Positions 11,052-23,600 of a stretch of DNA of 64,000 bases are shown here, one piece after another; position 1 is the first letter of the stretch, and each line of letters starts with the position of its first letter. The notes below the pieces were generated by a model that searched no databases, had not been told where the DNA came from, and saw nothing but the letters and a program-made list of their open reading frames with translations. The stretch comes from Macrostomum lignano. Taxonomy: Eukaryota. Made by a program: the position numbers and the translations under genes. The stretch covers positions 282,539 to 346,538 of the forward strand of contig NIVC01001300.1 in the NCBI GenBank assembly GCA_002269645.1, written 5' to 3'.

Positions 11052-14000
11052 ATGGAAAAGGTGAATATTTTCGACATAGAATTTGTGTCCTTACTTTTTC
11101 AGAGAATACATTGGTTTAATAATTCCGCTCCGTGAATTTAGGGCTATAAATTTCAGGCCCAGGCAAAAAAGCTTCATAGCTATATTAATCACAATTAGTT
11201 AATTAAAGTTATTTAAACAAATCAAATTAAAAAGTTTTTGATCTTCTAAAAACCCAGCATTCAAATAACATTTGATGTATTAGAAACAGAAGTAACTGTA
11301 CTCGGATAGGAAAATATATAATTTAAACATTATCACGCGCTTTAACTTCTTAGATTTTTCTTCATTTAAAATTGCAGGTGATTTGCATGGTGTCTTTTTT
11401 CTTGCTGGCCTTTAACCAATATCCGTTTGTTCTTGCTGCTGGCCTGGAGCCGGCACCCTGCGACCCAAGTCTTTACGGACTCAAATGTCAAAACGGGGGC
11501 ACCTGCACGAGCAAAGTTGGCAGCTCGAACTACTCCTGCATTTGTGTGACCGGGTTTGAAGGTAAGTTTTTATGAGCCAAAACTGGAATCGATGGCTGTA
11601 AATTGCATAGAATTTTATTATTGATCATCTTGACTCACCTGCCACCGCTAGTGCGGCGCCGTCACGCAGGGAGATCCTGTGGTGCCGGTGTCAGCAGCGC
11701 AGTCCCATTCGGAGAGTTCAGCAGGTGGATGGCTTTTCGCCCGGTTGTGAACGAGCCTGCAGGACATACCGCCTGTAGGACATGGGACATTCCAGGACAG
11801 TCCATACCGCCTGTAGGACATGGGACATTCCAGGACAGTCCATACCGCCTGTAGGACATGGGACATTCCAGGACAGTCCATACCGCCTGTAGGACATGGG
11901 ACATTCCAGGACAGTCCATACCGCCTGTAGGACATGGGACATTCCAGGACAGTCCATACCGCCTGTAGGACATAGCAAATTACTATCTTTACAATCGTCG
12001 AAAGCATCCGGATTTTAGCCGATGTAGGCGAGCCTGTCCCGAGTAAAGGTGGGGCAGCCATAGATGAAAGACTCCACATTCTCACCACCTGAAAGGCAGA
12101 ATTGGTATTTCTCACTGCGGATTTTCCTGTAGGTAGCATTGCTTACTAAATCAGCCATGACTCCCAAAAGGGTCACTATGGCTACCGCTCTGATACTCCT
12201 GATAAAAGTCATGGGCGTCTCGTTGCCACCCACTGTTGAATCCAAGTGATAACAATAAGCAGCAATCTTGTTAAATGCCTAACGAATGCTTGTACTTTTA
12301 ATTAAAAAAAACTAGGCAGACACTGCGAAATCAACATCAACAACTGCGCAAGTCACCCATGTATAAACGGGCTGTGCTCAGACTTGGTGAATGACTACAG
12401 CTGCAGCTGCTACCGAGGCTGGCAAGGCAGGAACTGCAACGTCGATCACAATAACTGTTTCTACGGCGCCTGTCTCAATGACGGCCGCTGTCTTGATGGC
12501 AATGAAACGTAGGTGAACAGATATGCTCATAAAATTAATTTATCGATATAATTTTTCTAAGGTTCTTTTTGCACATAGGCTTTCTAAATTTTGCAACATT
12601 TACCATTACTCTGATGGTTGCAACAAATAACTGCAGATACAGTCAAAGCTTTCTTAAACCTACAAAAAATATACCGAAATGTGTGTATCCTCGACAGATT
12701 CACCTGCAACTGTTCTGACACGGGATTCAATGGCTCCAGATGCGAGGTCAACATTGATGACTGCGCCAGCAAGCCCTGCGCCAACGGCCTGTGCACGGAC
12801 CTGGTGAAAGACTACAGCTGCAGCTGCTTCACAGGCTGGGAGGGCAAGAACTGTTCAGTGGACACCGACTACTGCCTGTCAGGGCCCTGTCAGAACGGTG
12901 GCGTCTGCAGCGACGGAAACTCCACGTGAGTGGCTCTGAGCATATCTAGGAATTATAATTACATTAGATTTTTTTAATTTTAGCGTAATATAAAGTGCTA
13001 AAATGTTGAAAAAATGTTTCTTTACTTGAAAAGTAGATGAACAAAGCCTTATGTTTTCCAACGCCACACAGTAAAAAAAGCTACAACTTTTGCAGAGCTA
13101 CTACAGATTTCTTAGCCTCCCCTGCTGCAATTATTGATTCATTTTATGCAACAAAAATGCTGCAGATTTAGCTGCGATTGCACCAGCATCGACTTTCAAG
13201 ACTCAACCTGTAGCTCGTGGATTGATAACTGTCTGTCAAGTCCCTGTCAGAACGAAGGGAAGTGTATCGATGAAGTCAGAAATTACACCTGCGACTGCAC
13301 AGATACAGGGTTTACTGGGGACTGGTGTGAGAACAAAATAAATGAGTGTTATGACCAGCCCTGCATCAATGGCCTTTGCATTGACCTGGTGCAAAACTAC
13401 AGCTGCACCTGCTTCACAGGCTGGGAGGGCACAAACTGCTCCGTAGATACGGACTACTGCCTGTCAAAGCCCTGCCGGAATGGCGGCGTCTGTAAGGACG
13501 GAAACTCAACGTAAGTTGCGTGATTCTAGTTGGTACAAAACCAAACTGTAACCAAAATGTATTTGTAGCTAACTGGTTTCAAAACTTACAGATACACCTG
13601 TGACTGCTCTCGCGTTGACTTCCAAGGCGACACCTGCAGTTCCAAGATCGAGGACTGCGCGTCGAGCCCGTGCCAGCACGGCGGCGGGTGCACCGATGGT
13701 GTCAGGAGTTTCACCTGCGACTGCCTGCCCGGCTACGAGGGCCCGACCTGCTCAGTCGACATCAACGAGTGCGAGCGGTTCGGACAGCCGTGTCAGAACG
13801 GAGACGTCTGCAAGGACCTGGTAGCGGATTATGCCTGCACCGGCTGCCCCGCTCACTTCGGAGGCAAAAACTGCTCCGTGCTGCTTCCACAGTACTCGTT
13901 CGGCATAAGCGGACTTGTATCGTCTGCGAGTTTCGCTTCTCTGCCAAATGCGTCAAGTGTGTCTGGCGGAGACTCGTGGACGATTGAGCTGAGGCTGGTG

Positions 14001-17000
14001 ACTTTGTCTCGAGGAGCGTTTCTGCTGCTGCTGGGCGACCCGAGCGACTCGGCGACCACTCCGAGACTGCTCGCTACGGTCAGTGTCCTTAATGGTTCTT
14101 TTTTCTGGATTTAGTGCGATCTTTCAGTTTGTTAAAATCTTTTCAGATCGATCGTTCTGGCCGTCTGTCCGCCCAGTTACTGCACAGCAACGGCTCCGAT
14201 ATCGCAGCGCTGACGTCCTCAGACTCGGTGGCTACCGGCAGCTTCGTCTCCGTGAAGATCTCTGTGTCTATATCGGGTCGCTCGCTGTCGCTGTCAGTGT
14301 CATCTTCAGTCAGGTCGGCATCGCTGAGCAGTGCGAGTCCGCTGCCGCAGCTGTCAGGCCAGCTCATCATCGGCGGTTTTAACGGTGCCACGGCAGCATC
14401 GGCTCCGCCTTTGAGCCGCAATGACAGATCAAGAAGATCCGTTTGGGATCCTAATTTATCTTCATCTGTAGCCAATGTTACTGCATTTCGAGGTATTATT
14501 GGCTCGACCAGGATCAATGGAATCACAGCTTTACTTCTCAGCTCCCCAGCAGCAACGCTACAAGAAAGTTTTCCTGGAGCAATTAAACCGAGCGGCTCAA
14601 CAAATGTGGTTCTTGGAAAACTGGCCGAAAAAGTCTGCGAGCGTTTCAAGCCTTGTGAGAACGGAGCGACGTGTCACGATATTTTCTACAACAATTTTGT
14701 GTAAGTTCGCTGGTGTTGCCTTTCTGCATGTTTCGATCGTGAATAAAGTATATGGCTGAGTAACCCACTGGTACGAGCTACATACATGTACTCCCAACTT
14801 TTAGCTGCGAATGTCATTCGGGCTACCACGGCAAGGACTGCTCCAAGGACATTCCGGACTGCGACCTCAATCCTTGCGGAGAAGGTTTCTGCTGTTTCGA
14901 AAAAAGCAACGCCTCATTGTACAACAGTTCGGACCTTCCATCGCCCTTCAACAGTTCGTTTAGCTTTTCGCGTGCGTCCGGCTCTGTGTGTTTACCTGGC
15001 TGTGAAGAATCACGATTCACAAGTACGCCTTTTTCTGCATGAGCCATTGCATGCTATTATCTCATTTCTATTTTTGTATAGCAGTTTTGCAAACCCAAGC
15101 CATGTCCCTTACAAATAGGCTCTTCTCTCTAACTGCTTTCTCCTGCTCTTGTCTTTATTCTTCAACCATAATGAACGACTGAATTTAGTCTCAGAAAAGT
15201 AGTATAATGCCTAACCCTCTTCTCTGCTTTTGTCTTACTGCATTACTGACTTCTTACTGCCTAAACACAGTCCAATGATTGTTGTTTATCATTATGTTGC
15301 ACTGTGGTGGTACCTTCTTAGTGTGCCTTTGAAACAGTAAACAGGCAGAGGGTAAACTTGTTTTTCTTGAGAAATTCGGGCGAGTCATTTGCCAGAAAAG
15401 CTTGATTCGCAATACGATATTGTTTAAAATAATTATTCACAAATGTTTAGTATGCTATGTACGTGTAGATTTCACACCTATCAGAACTTTATTAGTCCAT
15501 ATACAAATTTCTTGCACAAACTTTATTATCCCATGCACAATTTTGAGCGATGAATCATTTTTATATTAATTTCAGTACTGTCTCCCACTCTATTTTTCAC
15601 TCCTTACAAGGTTCAGCCGCGACGCAAGTGACGGAAGGCTCACTATCTGCATTGAAAGACGTATATATCGCCACCTCAGCAATTTTTTCTATATCTGCTG
15701 TCCTCGCGTCGTTGTTCGCATGGCCTAAATTAAAAAATCGGTGTTGGAATAAAAATGTTAGCAAAGATTTTATTTTATGTTTTTTTACGATTTCCAATGA
15801 GCCACTCGAAACTGTGAACTTCGATTGATGGGGCTGGATTTTAGCGAGTCTTTATCACCAGGGGCTTTAGCACCAGGTGCTTTAGCACCAGGGGCTTTAG
15901 CACCAGGGGCTTTAGCACCAGGGGCGCAAGCACCAGGGGCGCAAGCACCAGGGGCGCAAGCACCAGGGGCGCAAGCACCAGGGGCGCAAGCACCAGGGGC
16001 GCAAGCACCAGGGGCGCAAGCACCAGGGGCTTTAGCACCAGGGGCTTTAGCACCAGGGGCGCAAGCACCAGGGGCGCAAGCACCAGGGGCGCAAGCACCA
16101 GGGGCGCAAGCACCAGGGGCGCAAGCACCAGGGGCGCAAGCACCAGGGGCGCAAGCACCAGGGGCGCAAGCACCAGGGGCGCCAGCACCAGGGGCGCCAG
16201 CACCAGGGGCGCCAGCACCAGGGGCTTTAGCACCAGGGGCGCCAGCACCAGGGGCTTTAGCACCAGGGGCTTTAGCACCAGGGGCTTTAGCACCAGGGGC
16301 TTTAGCACCAGGGGCTTTAGCACCAGGGGCTTTAGCACCAGGGGCTTTAGCACCAGGGGCTTTAGCACCAGGGGCTTTAGCACCAGGGGCTTTAGCACCA
16401 GGGGCTTTAGCACCAGGGGCTTTAGCACCAGGGGCTTTAGCACCAGGGGCTTTAGCACCAGGGGCGCCAGCACCAGGGGCTTTAGCACCAGGGGCTTTAG
16501 CACCAGGGGCTGTAGCACCAGGGGCTTTAGCACCAGGGGCTTTAGCACCAGGGGCTTTAGCACCAGGGGCTTTAGCACCAGGGGCTTTAGCACCAGGGGC
16601 GCAAGCACCAGGGGCGCAAGCACCAGGGGCGCAAGCACCAGGGGCGCAAGCACCAGGGGCGCAAGCACCAGGGGCGCAAGCACCAGGGGCGCAAGCACCA
16701 GGGGCGCCAGCACCAGGGGCGCCAGCACCAGGGGCGCCAGCACCAGGGGCGCCAGCACCAGGGGCGCCAGCACCAGGGGCGCCAGCACCAGGGGCGCCAG
16801 CACCAGGGGCGCCAGCACCAGGGGCGCCAGCACCAGGGGCGCCAGCACCAGGGGCGCCAGCACCAGGGGCGCCAGCACCAGGGGCGCCAGCACCAGGGGC
16901 GCCAGCACCAGGGGCGCCAGCACCAGGGGCGCCAGCACCAGGGGCGCCAGCACCAGGGGCTTTAGCACCAGGGGCGCCAGCACCAGGGGCGCCAGCACCA

Positions 17001-18050
17001 AGGGCGCCAGCACCAGGGGCGCCAGCACCAGGGGCGCCAGCACCAGGGGCGCCAGCACCAGGGGCGCCAGCACCAGGGGCGCCAGCACCAGGGGCGCCAG
17101 CACCAGGGGCGCCAGCACCAGGGGCGCCAGCACCAGGGGCGCCAGCACCAGGGGCGCCAGCACCAGGGGCGCCAGCACCAGGGGCGCCAGCACCAGGGGC
17201 GCCAGCACCAGGGGCGCCAGCACCAGGGGCGCCAGCACCAGGGGCGCCAGCACCAGGGGCGCCAGCACCAGGGGCGCCAGCACCAGGGGCGCCATTGCCA
17301 AAGTAATTGTTGGGGAACGCTAAAATGGGTAACAGTGGCGCCACGGTTGCTGGAAAAAGGGCGCAAATATTTCAGCCTGGCAACGTCCCTCTCTCTCTCA
17401 TTCGCTCTTATATCAGTAGTCAGCATTATTCTAATGAATTTTAACCACATGGCGTTGTTTCCTTTAATGTTTTATTATATGACAGAGACCGGTGGAGGCG
17501 GGGCGCACAGCACCCGTGGCAACTGAGTTAGGCAGACTGCCTGATTCAACTTATGCGGTTGCTGACCGACAACACGTATGACTTCCGCTCAATGTGCTGT
17601 TATTTTATTGATAAAAAATTATTGTAGCGTTCATTGAATACTTTATGAATTTATAATCCGTTTCCTACACAGGAAAGTACAATTGTCACCGGAGAATATG
17701 ACTATATCGGATCGTCTGGACAAAATGTTAGTGACATTTGCTTATTCTTTAACAGTATTGAGTCATTTGCAAAGAATACATAAGCAAACTAAACGAACGA
17801 TACACGCTTAATTCACTAGGTGGCCGATATAGTTCAGACTCCTGCTGAAGCAGCGACAAACAGCGGTTGGCAAGATGATTCACAGCCGGGTCAACAGGCG
17901 CCAAAACCGAGGCCCAGAGTGGAGCTATTTAACCCTGATGGGGAAGCTAGCGCTGAATCATATGCGAAACTGGATATCGTGTATGTGGATATCAAAGGCA
18001 CAAATAATGCGGAAGAATTACCCCAAAATTCAGTGAGCAGAGATGATTAA
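11052..18050 (+). CDS. Crumbs-like paralog C (~912 aa): signal peptide, 10 EGF, LamG, 2 EGF, TM, long Tyr-motif tail
   Basis: Exons 11052-11060 (tentative MEK), 11378-11561, 12316-12508, 12698-12925, 13166-13510, 13592-14078, 14147-14700, 14805-15022, 15611-15756, 17486-17575, 17673-17726, 17820-18050. All phases agree, total 2739 nt, no internal stop seen. [22 protein letters not shown]. The donors at 15023 (GTACGC) and 15757 (GTTAGC) are weak. Confidence 0.78.
11765..11974. repeat. 38-bp perfect tandem repeat, about 5.5 units, intronic
   Basis: Unit cataccgcctgtaggacatgggacattccaggacagtc starts at 11765, 11803, 11841, 11879, 11917 and 11955. Confidence 0.95.
15855..17294. repeat. 15-bp minisatellite (gcaccagggg + cgcca/cttta/cgcaa), about 96 units, in the intron after the TM exon of C
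   Basis: Directly visible; it generates the spurious GAPGA/PLVLA ORFs. Confidence 0.97.
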
Positions 18051-18330
18051 ATATACTCAGCAACATTGAAAAGTCGCAACTCTGTGCTCCAGTGAGAAAT
18101 TTCTCTTGGACTATTCTGAAATAAAAGTTACGAGAAAACTAACCGGGGTAGCTTTAATCCGTCCAACCCTCGCACACCGCTCCCCCACTTCATTCCTCAA
18201 CTCAAGTCTGCCGAGGCGTAGCTGAGTTGCGTCACTCGCAAAGATTGAGAGACTTTACCTGCTCTCTCAAAAGTGGCGACCGCGGAAGGAATCTTCCATG
18301 ATGGGGACTTTTCAATGTTGCTGAGTATAT
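18051..18330. mobile_element. 280-bp MITE with 25-bp TIRs and TA-type ends
   Basis: atatactcagcaacattgaaaagtc ... gacttttcaatgttgctgagtatat; an inverted second copy lies at ~2109-2360. Confidence 0.85.
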
Positions 18331-19005
18331 CAATACCTGTTCAAACGTTTGTATAAAAGATTTACCTCTTGGTTTTTTATCTTTGTCTGTGGTCACATTT
18401 GATTAAATTTACAAAAGTATCAACTGTTTCGTAGCAATGATTTGTTTTCATTTTTTCCGCATCTCATACTTACGTATTACTAGTACCTGGTAGCAACTCT
18501 TTGCCACAAGCGGACAAAAAGGTTGCATAAATTTACCACGCGAAATATTGTAATTTGCTGTTTTTCTGAAGCTTCTCAGTATGAGAAAGCGTACATTATT
18601 TACAGCTTTGTTGGCAAAACAGTAACTGCAGCTTTTCGCCTAAATTACAACTGTCATCTTAGTTACCAAAGAAAAGTCGGGTTTTTTATACTCGCTTTAA
18701 GGATTCAAACTGCAGCATATTATAACCTTAACTATAAATTACACAAACACATCGAAATGCACAGATGCGACAACAGAGATCACACTTTACTCATCGACGT
18801 TCATCAACTGATAAAGTCATAAAGTATATTCATAAGAAATGCCAGACATTGTCAATTTAGCTGACAAATTTAAGATGCCAAAAGTTACTAAAGTAACTTC
18901 TGTCGGTAAAATTTCAGTTGATCAAACTAAATAGCACTAAGCACGAGTACATTATACTCGACTAATTGAGGAGAATTTTTGCGTGAATAGAAATATTGCT
19001 TATTT

Positions 19006-19078
19006 GGCACGACAGCCCAGTGGTCTGGCGCGGCACTCTTATGTGTCAGCGGCCCAGGCTCGATTCCAAGTGCAGCCA
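19006..19078 (+). pseudogene. Degenerate tRNA-like sequence, possibly a SINE head
   Basis: 73 nt with an A-box-like CAGCCCAGTGG and B-box-like GGCTCGATTCC at tRNA spacing, ending GCCA. Acceptor and T stems are mismatched and no anticodon can be assigned. Confidence 0.38.
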
Positions 19079-20651
19079 CATTAATTTAAGATTAAATTGG
19101 AATCTCGGCTTGGCTCTTTAACACCTTTGAGGGACAACTGCAAGGAACAGTGAAGTGTACATGCTTAGCAATAAAAAGAGTTAGGGCCGCTGTACACTCC
19201 TGTGTGATGTGTGCCTGCGCGTATGACTGCGTACGTATCTTGTGTGCCTGCTCAGGGGAGTCTGCAGAATAGACAGTAATGCACCTCTCGCCGGTTGTGT
19301 GACAATGTCGCTTAAAGTGCACCAGACTACACACAGCCGCCCACCCTGTCTCTAATAAAAGATGCCTCCTTAGATTTTGACTGAGGGGTTTTAAGGTTTT
19401 AATTTACTCGCACAAATTGAAAGGCTTTGTGTTCTTCAACAGATACTCACATTATAAATTGATGCCGCGTTCTCGCTTAAAAGCACTCAAGTACGTTTGA
19501 ATAATGAGCGCACGAACCCAGCGTCGCACCCAAGTGGTAAAATAAACACTTCTTAAACGGATTACTCGTACATTTTCATAAACAGGTTTAATAGGCTAAA
19601 AATAGCTTCATTAACATCCTATTTTTCAGTGTGGATTGCCTAGCATGCCTTAATTAACAAGTTTTCTGTTGATCTTTTCTTAACAAACTTGTTGCTTATT
19701 TGGGCCGCTTGAGTCATGCGCTTTCACGCAAATCAGAAACGCAGTGGAAAGGGTTTTAGCCCAGCCCGTGTGCTTTCTATCAACCTGGCAATATACGGTA
19801 AGCTGTTTACAGAAGCGGAATGTTTGAATTGAGGATACTAAATTTCTCTATTTAGCTTGCTTCTTTTTTTAGATATACAGTATGGGAGCACAGAAATTTT
19901 CGCATTGATAGCTAGAGTTGCAATTCAATATCAAGCACAATTATATTTTGTAACTCGTATAAATTTAACGGTCATCAAATTAGGAGTATCTCTGAGCGAA
20001 GTCTGCAAAGAAATTGAAATATTATATTTTTCAATAATTTTTTCTAGACAATAAATTGGAGCGGAAAAAGCGAAAAATGAAAAAGGTAACGACATACTTC
20101 TCTTACTGGCATATTTTTTCGCTTTACTTTTTAATGTAAAATATGGCTCTCCATTTAATCAAGCCGAGCAAATAATAACAAACGAATCGCTTTTTTCACT
20201 GTTTAGGAAAACTCTTTTATAAAAGACACATGTAGCAACTTCTGAAATTCCATCGGAACCCTACTAGCTTAATTTTTCTGTTCTTACGTCTAGTTAATAA
20301 CATCTGTAAAAAGTAGCTTAGTAATTATAAACCAGAGTTAATATCCATCCAGGCAAAACGCATACACTTAAGATTGCAGCTTGCGGTTCAATATGGTAGC
20401 TTTCAAAGGTTTGTCAGTGAAGATTTGTCAATAGGAACCAAAATACAAAAAATGAAGCTTTTCCAGCGAAATAAATTTAAGCGAGAAAAGCAGTTTTCAA
20501 GTTACGACATTAACCGTCAGTAATATACAGCATGCCAGCTTAGCTCACAAATAGTATTGCTGCACTAAATTGTAAATTACTTCAGAGCGTCTCGGAAACT
20601 GCTGGTAAGCTGCAGTTCCAGGAAAGTTTTATCAGCACTGGTTCGTTGGTG

Positions 20652-23600
20652 ATGATGTTTCTTTTCATTTCTTTGTCGACTACTTTCTCGTGTAAGTATG
20701 TTTAGATATGTTCTGATGTACACGCACCTCTGAATAAAAAATTGGCAGATTATTATCTAGTTCAGATAGACCTATTTCTTTTTTTTCAGCTGTATCATCT
20801 GTTCAAAAACTTAAGTCGTGCACATACAGTAGCTGCAAGAATGGAGGCTATTGCTGGCCACACCCAACTGATACATCACCTCCTTGTGTGTGTCCTGAGC
20901 CGTATTCGGGCTCACATTGCACAGTTCGTATCAAATACTGTTCAACAGAACCATCTAAGTGCCAGAACGGAGGCACCTGCAGCAGCAAAGATTCCAGTCC
21001 CTGGTACAGCTGCAGCTGCGCTCCCGGATTCACCGGTGAGTCAATAGCTATTCAAACCTGTGTTTTTTTAAGTTTTGATTATAAAAACATCAGGTAATTG
21101 CGTGAGGAATGTCAGTCCTAGAATTTCAATCAAGCACTAGCCGACACAAATTTGGTAAGCTGTGGGATACCTGTCAGATTATTTCTAAACGGGGGCTTCA
21201 TCTACATTACTGACCTATTATACGTATCGATTTTTCAGTGGTGGTGAACTACGAGTGTAGCTAAAACTGATGGTTACGTAGAATTTTCTTAAATAATCAT
21301 TTACCTTTACGAAATCACGGGACGGTTACTCAGTTGCTTCACTACTGCTATAGTGGTGTAATCGTGATTTCGAATTGGCAGAAGTTGTATTAATTATAAT
21401 CTCAGGTTATTGCAACCACTTTTAGGACCCTAATAACTTGCTGACACAATAGGCAACGAAGGCTAACAAAATACTATACGAGCGTAGATTTTCGCGATAA
21501 GAAGACGGATGACGAGTGACCAGAGTCTTCCAGTCCAGTCCCTTTGTCGGGTATTAACTTTTACTGTCGTTTAATTTTTGATAGTTGTTGACAGCGTATG
21601 GATAGCATTTTGTTAAAAATATTGAAATGAGAAGCCAGACTGCATTGGTGAAATAACTTGGACGGTATCGCACAAACTTTAGTCAGCTAGCTAAGTTTTG
21701 GTATGTTGGCACTTGTGTTATTTCTGACCAATGTCAGCTTGCAGACTACGTGAATGTAATCCGACACGCCTATTTAACTGACATCTGGGCGCGTCTCATG
21801 TATACGGAATGAGTGTACATGATGCTCGACCAACAAGCCAATTTGTCACAAAAACCTCACATTTTTTACATTGTTTTTTCATGGAATTGAACTCCAACAC
21901 TAAAATTAAATGGGACTGTTTTGAAACTTAGCCATAGGGTGTCATAACATTGTAACATCACAAGACAAAACGAACTATTTTACCACATGACCTGAAATGA
22001 CGTGCTATGAAAAATGAAAACTGGCATGAAATTAAGTATTAATGCATTGATATGCATCCGCTCCTAGAAAGCAAATTAATGTAAAGAACCTAGTAGGAAA
22101 GGAAAACAGCTTAATCATTAGAACACTATGCTACTCCTCCCTTGGTCCGGCAATAACCAGCATTCGTTTGTAACCGAAATCACATGAGGTACAAAATAAA
22201 TGAGAAGATTGTGCAGTTGAGAAGCAAACTTAATTCGCATGAAAAAGTATTTTACAGCAAAATTATGCAAATTATATAAGCAGAGTTCACCTCAGTGAAA
22301 ACACATAGCGTTCTAAAGTTACAAAAAAGAGAAAAAATTGTTGGAAAATCAGTACCAGCCTCTGAAATAAAATATTTAATTTGGTCCTGTTTTTGCTGGC
22401 TATTTTCCACTGCAGGTCAGAACTGCGAGACGAACATTGACGATTGCCAGCCGAACCCGTGCAAAAACGGAGCGACATGCATCGATGGCATCAACTCGTA
22501 CAGCTGCAAGTGCTACGATGGATTTGACAGTACAGACTGCTCCAATGAAATAATTGATTGCACGCCAAACAGGTGTCACAACCATGGCATCTGTTTAGAG
22601 CGCAGCAACAAATACCTCTACGAAAAGCCCTCACTTCCGCCGCCATTCAACGGCACCTTCAACTACTCCCTAGCAGCTGGCTTTGTCTGCCAGTGTCCGA
22701 AAGGTGAGATTAAATTGATGAAGCATTACTGCCTTACTGCCAACAAATGCCTGCTGTAATAATATTTCTAAAACTACAGACTATCGCGATGACTACAATG
22801 ATAACTAATAGCGCAATCTAAATCTTAGGTAAATTATAAATCTGTTGACACGGACACCATGAATTAAAATAGAGTCGATGTGTTAAACAAAAAAAAATTG
22901 CTTTCTTAAAATCTAGCAAAATTAAGACTTAAGTTGAGAAAAATAAAATTTTCAGACTAGAAATTATTATTGTAATTTAAAATTCCTAAAAGCTGAAACG
23001 ACCCAAATATTGTATTAACAAACTACAATCATTGTACCATTCGCTAAATCGCTAAATTATCATCAATTTCGCTGCTGCAAAACGGCTCTGCATCCAACTT
23101 TATAGCATCGAATTTTGCATACTTTGCCTACGGTAATGCTTTTCCTTGAAAATCACAGAGTTTCATATATTTAGTCTGTTTAAACCCAAGATTTGGTCAG
23201 ACTTTCAGCAAAAGGTCTTCGTAGATCACGTTAAATTATTGGCTTCTACTGAAAACTACCAAAGTAAAATATTTCAAAACCTCTTTTCTGTCGTATATGC
23301 TAATAAAAAAAAATTCACTAGTAAGCATAGAACACTCAAAAAATACTACGCTCGGAGCTAATAAGAGGAAAGTTACACAAATCGGGGTCACTAATAGCTC
23401 TGCCAGCTATTACCACTTGCAAAATACTTTTTAACAGGAGCCTACGGAGACACGTGCTCCATCAACCCGAACGACTGTCTGAAACCGGACACCAACCGCA
23501 GCGTGTGCGCTCACGCGTCGAGCTGCACGGATGGCCTGGCCTCATTCACCTGCCACTGCCTGCCCGGCTACGAGGGCCCGACCTGCTCAGTCGACATCGA

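Noticed and set aside
11765-11974. CRISPR-like 38-bp repeat
   Set aside because: The units are contiguous with no spacers, there are no cas genes, and the context is eukaryotic.
15785-17450. ~500-aa GAPGA / PLVLA / WRPWC ORFs resembling collagen, elastin or silk
   Set aside because: They are multi-frame read-through of a stop-free 15-bp minisatellite that recurs at three other sites and lies in a predicted intron.
17335-17526. Hydrophobic 63-aa ORF as an alternative TM exon
   Set aside because: No convincing in-phase acceptor; the hydrophobic stretch is AT-rich intron ending in the acceptor at 17485.
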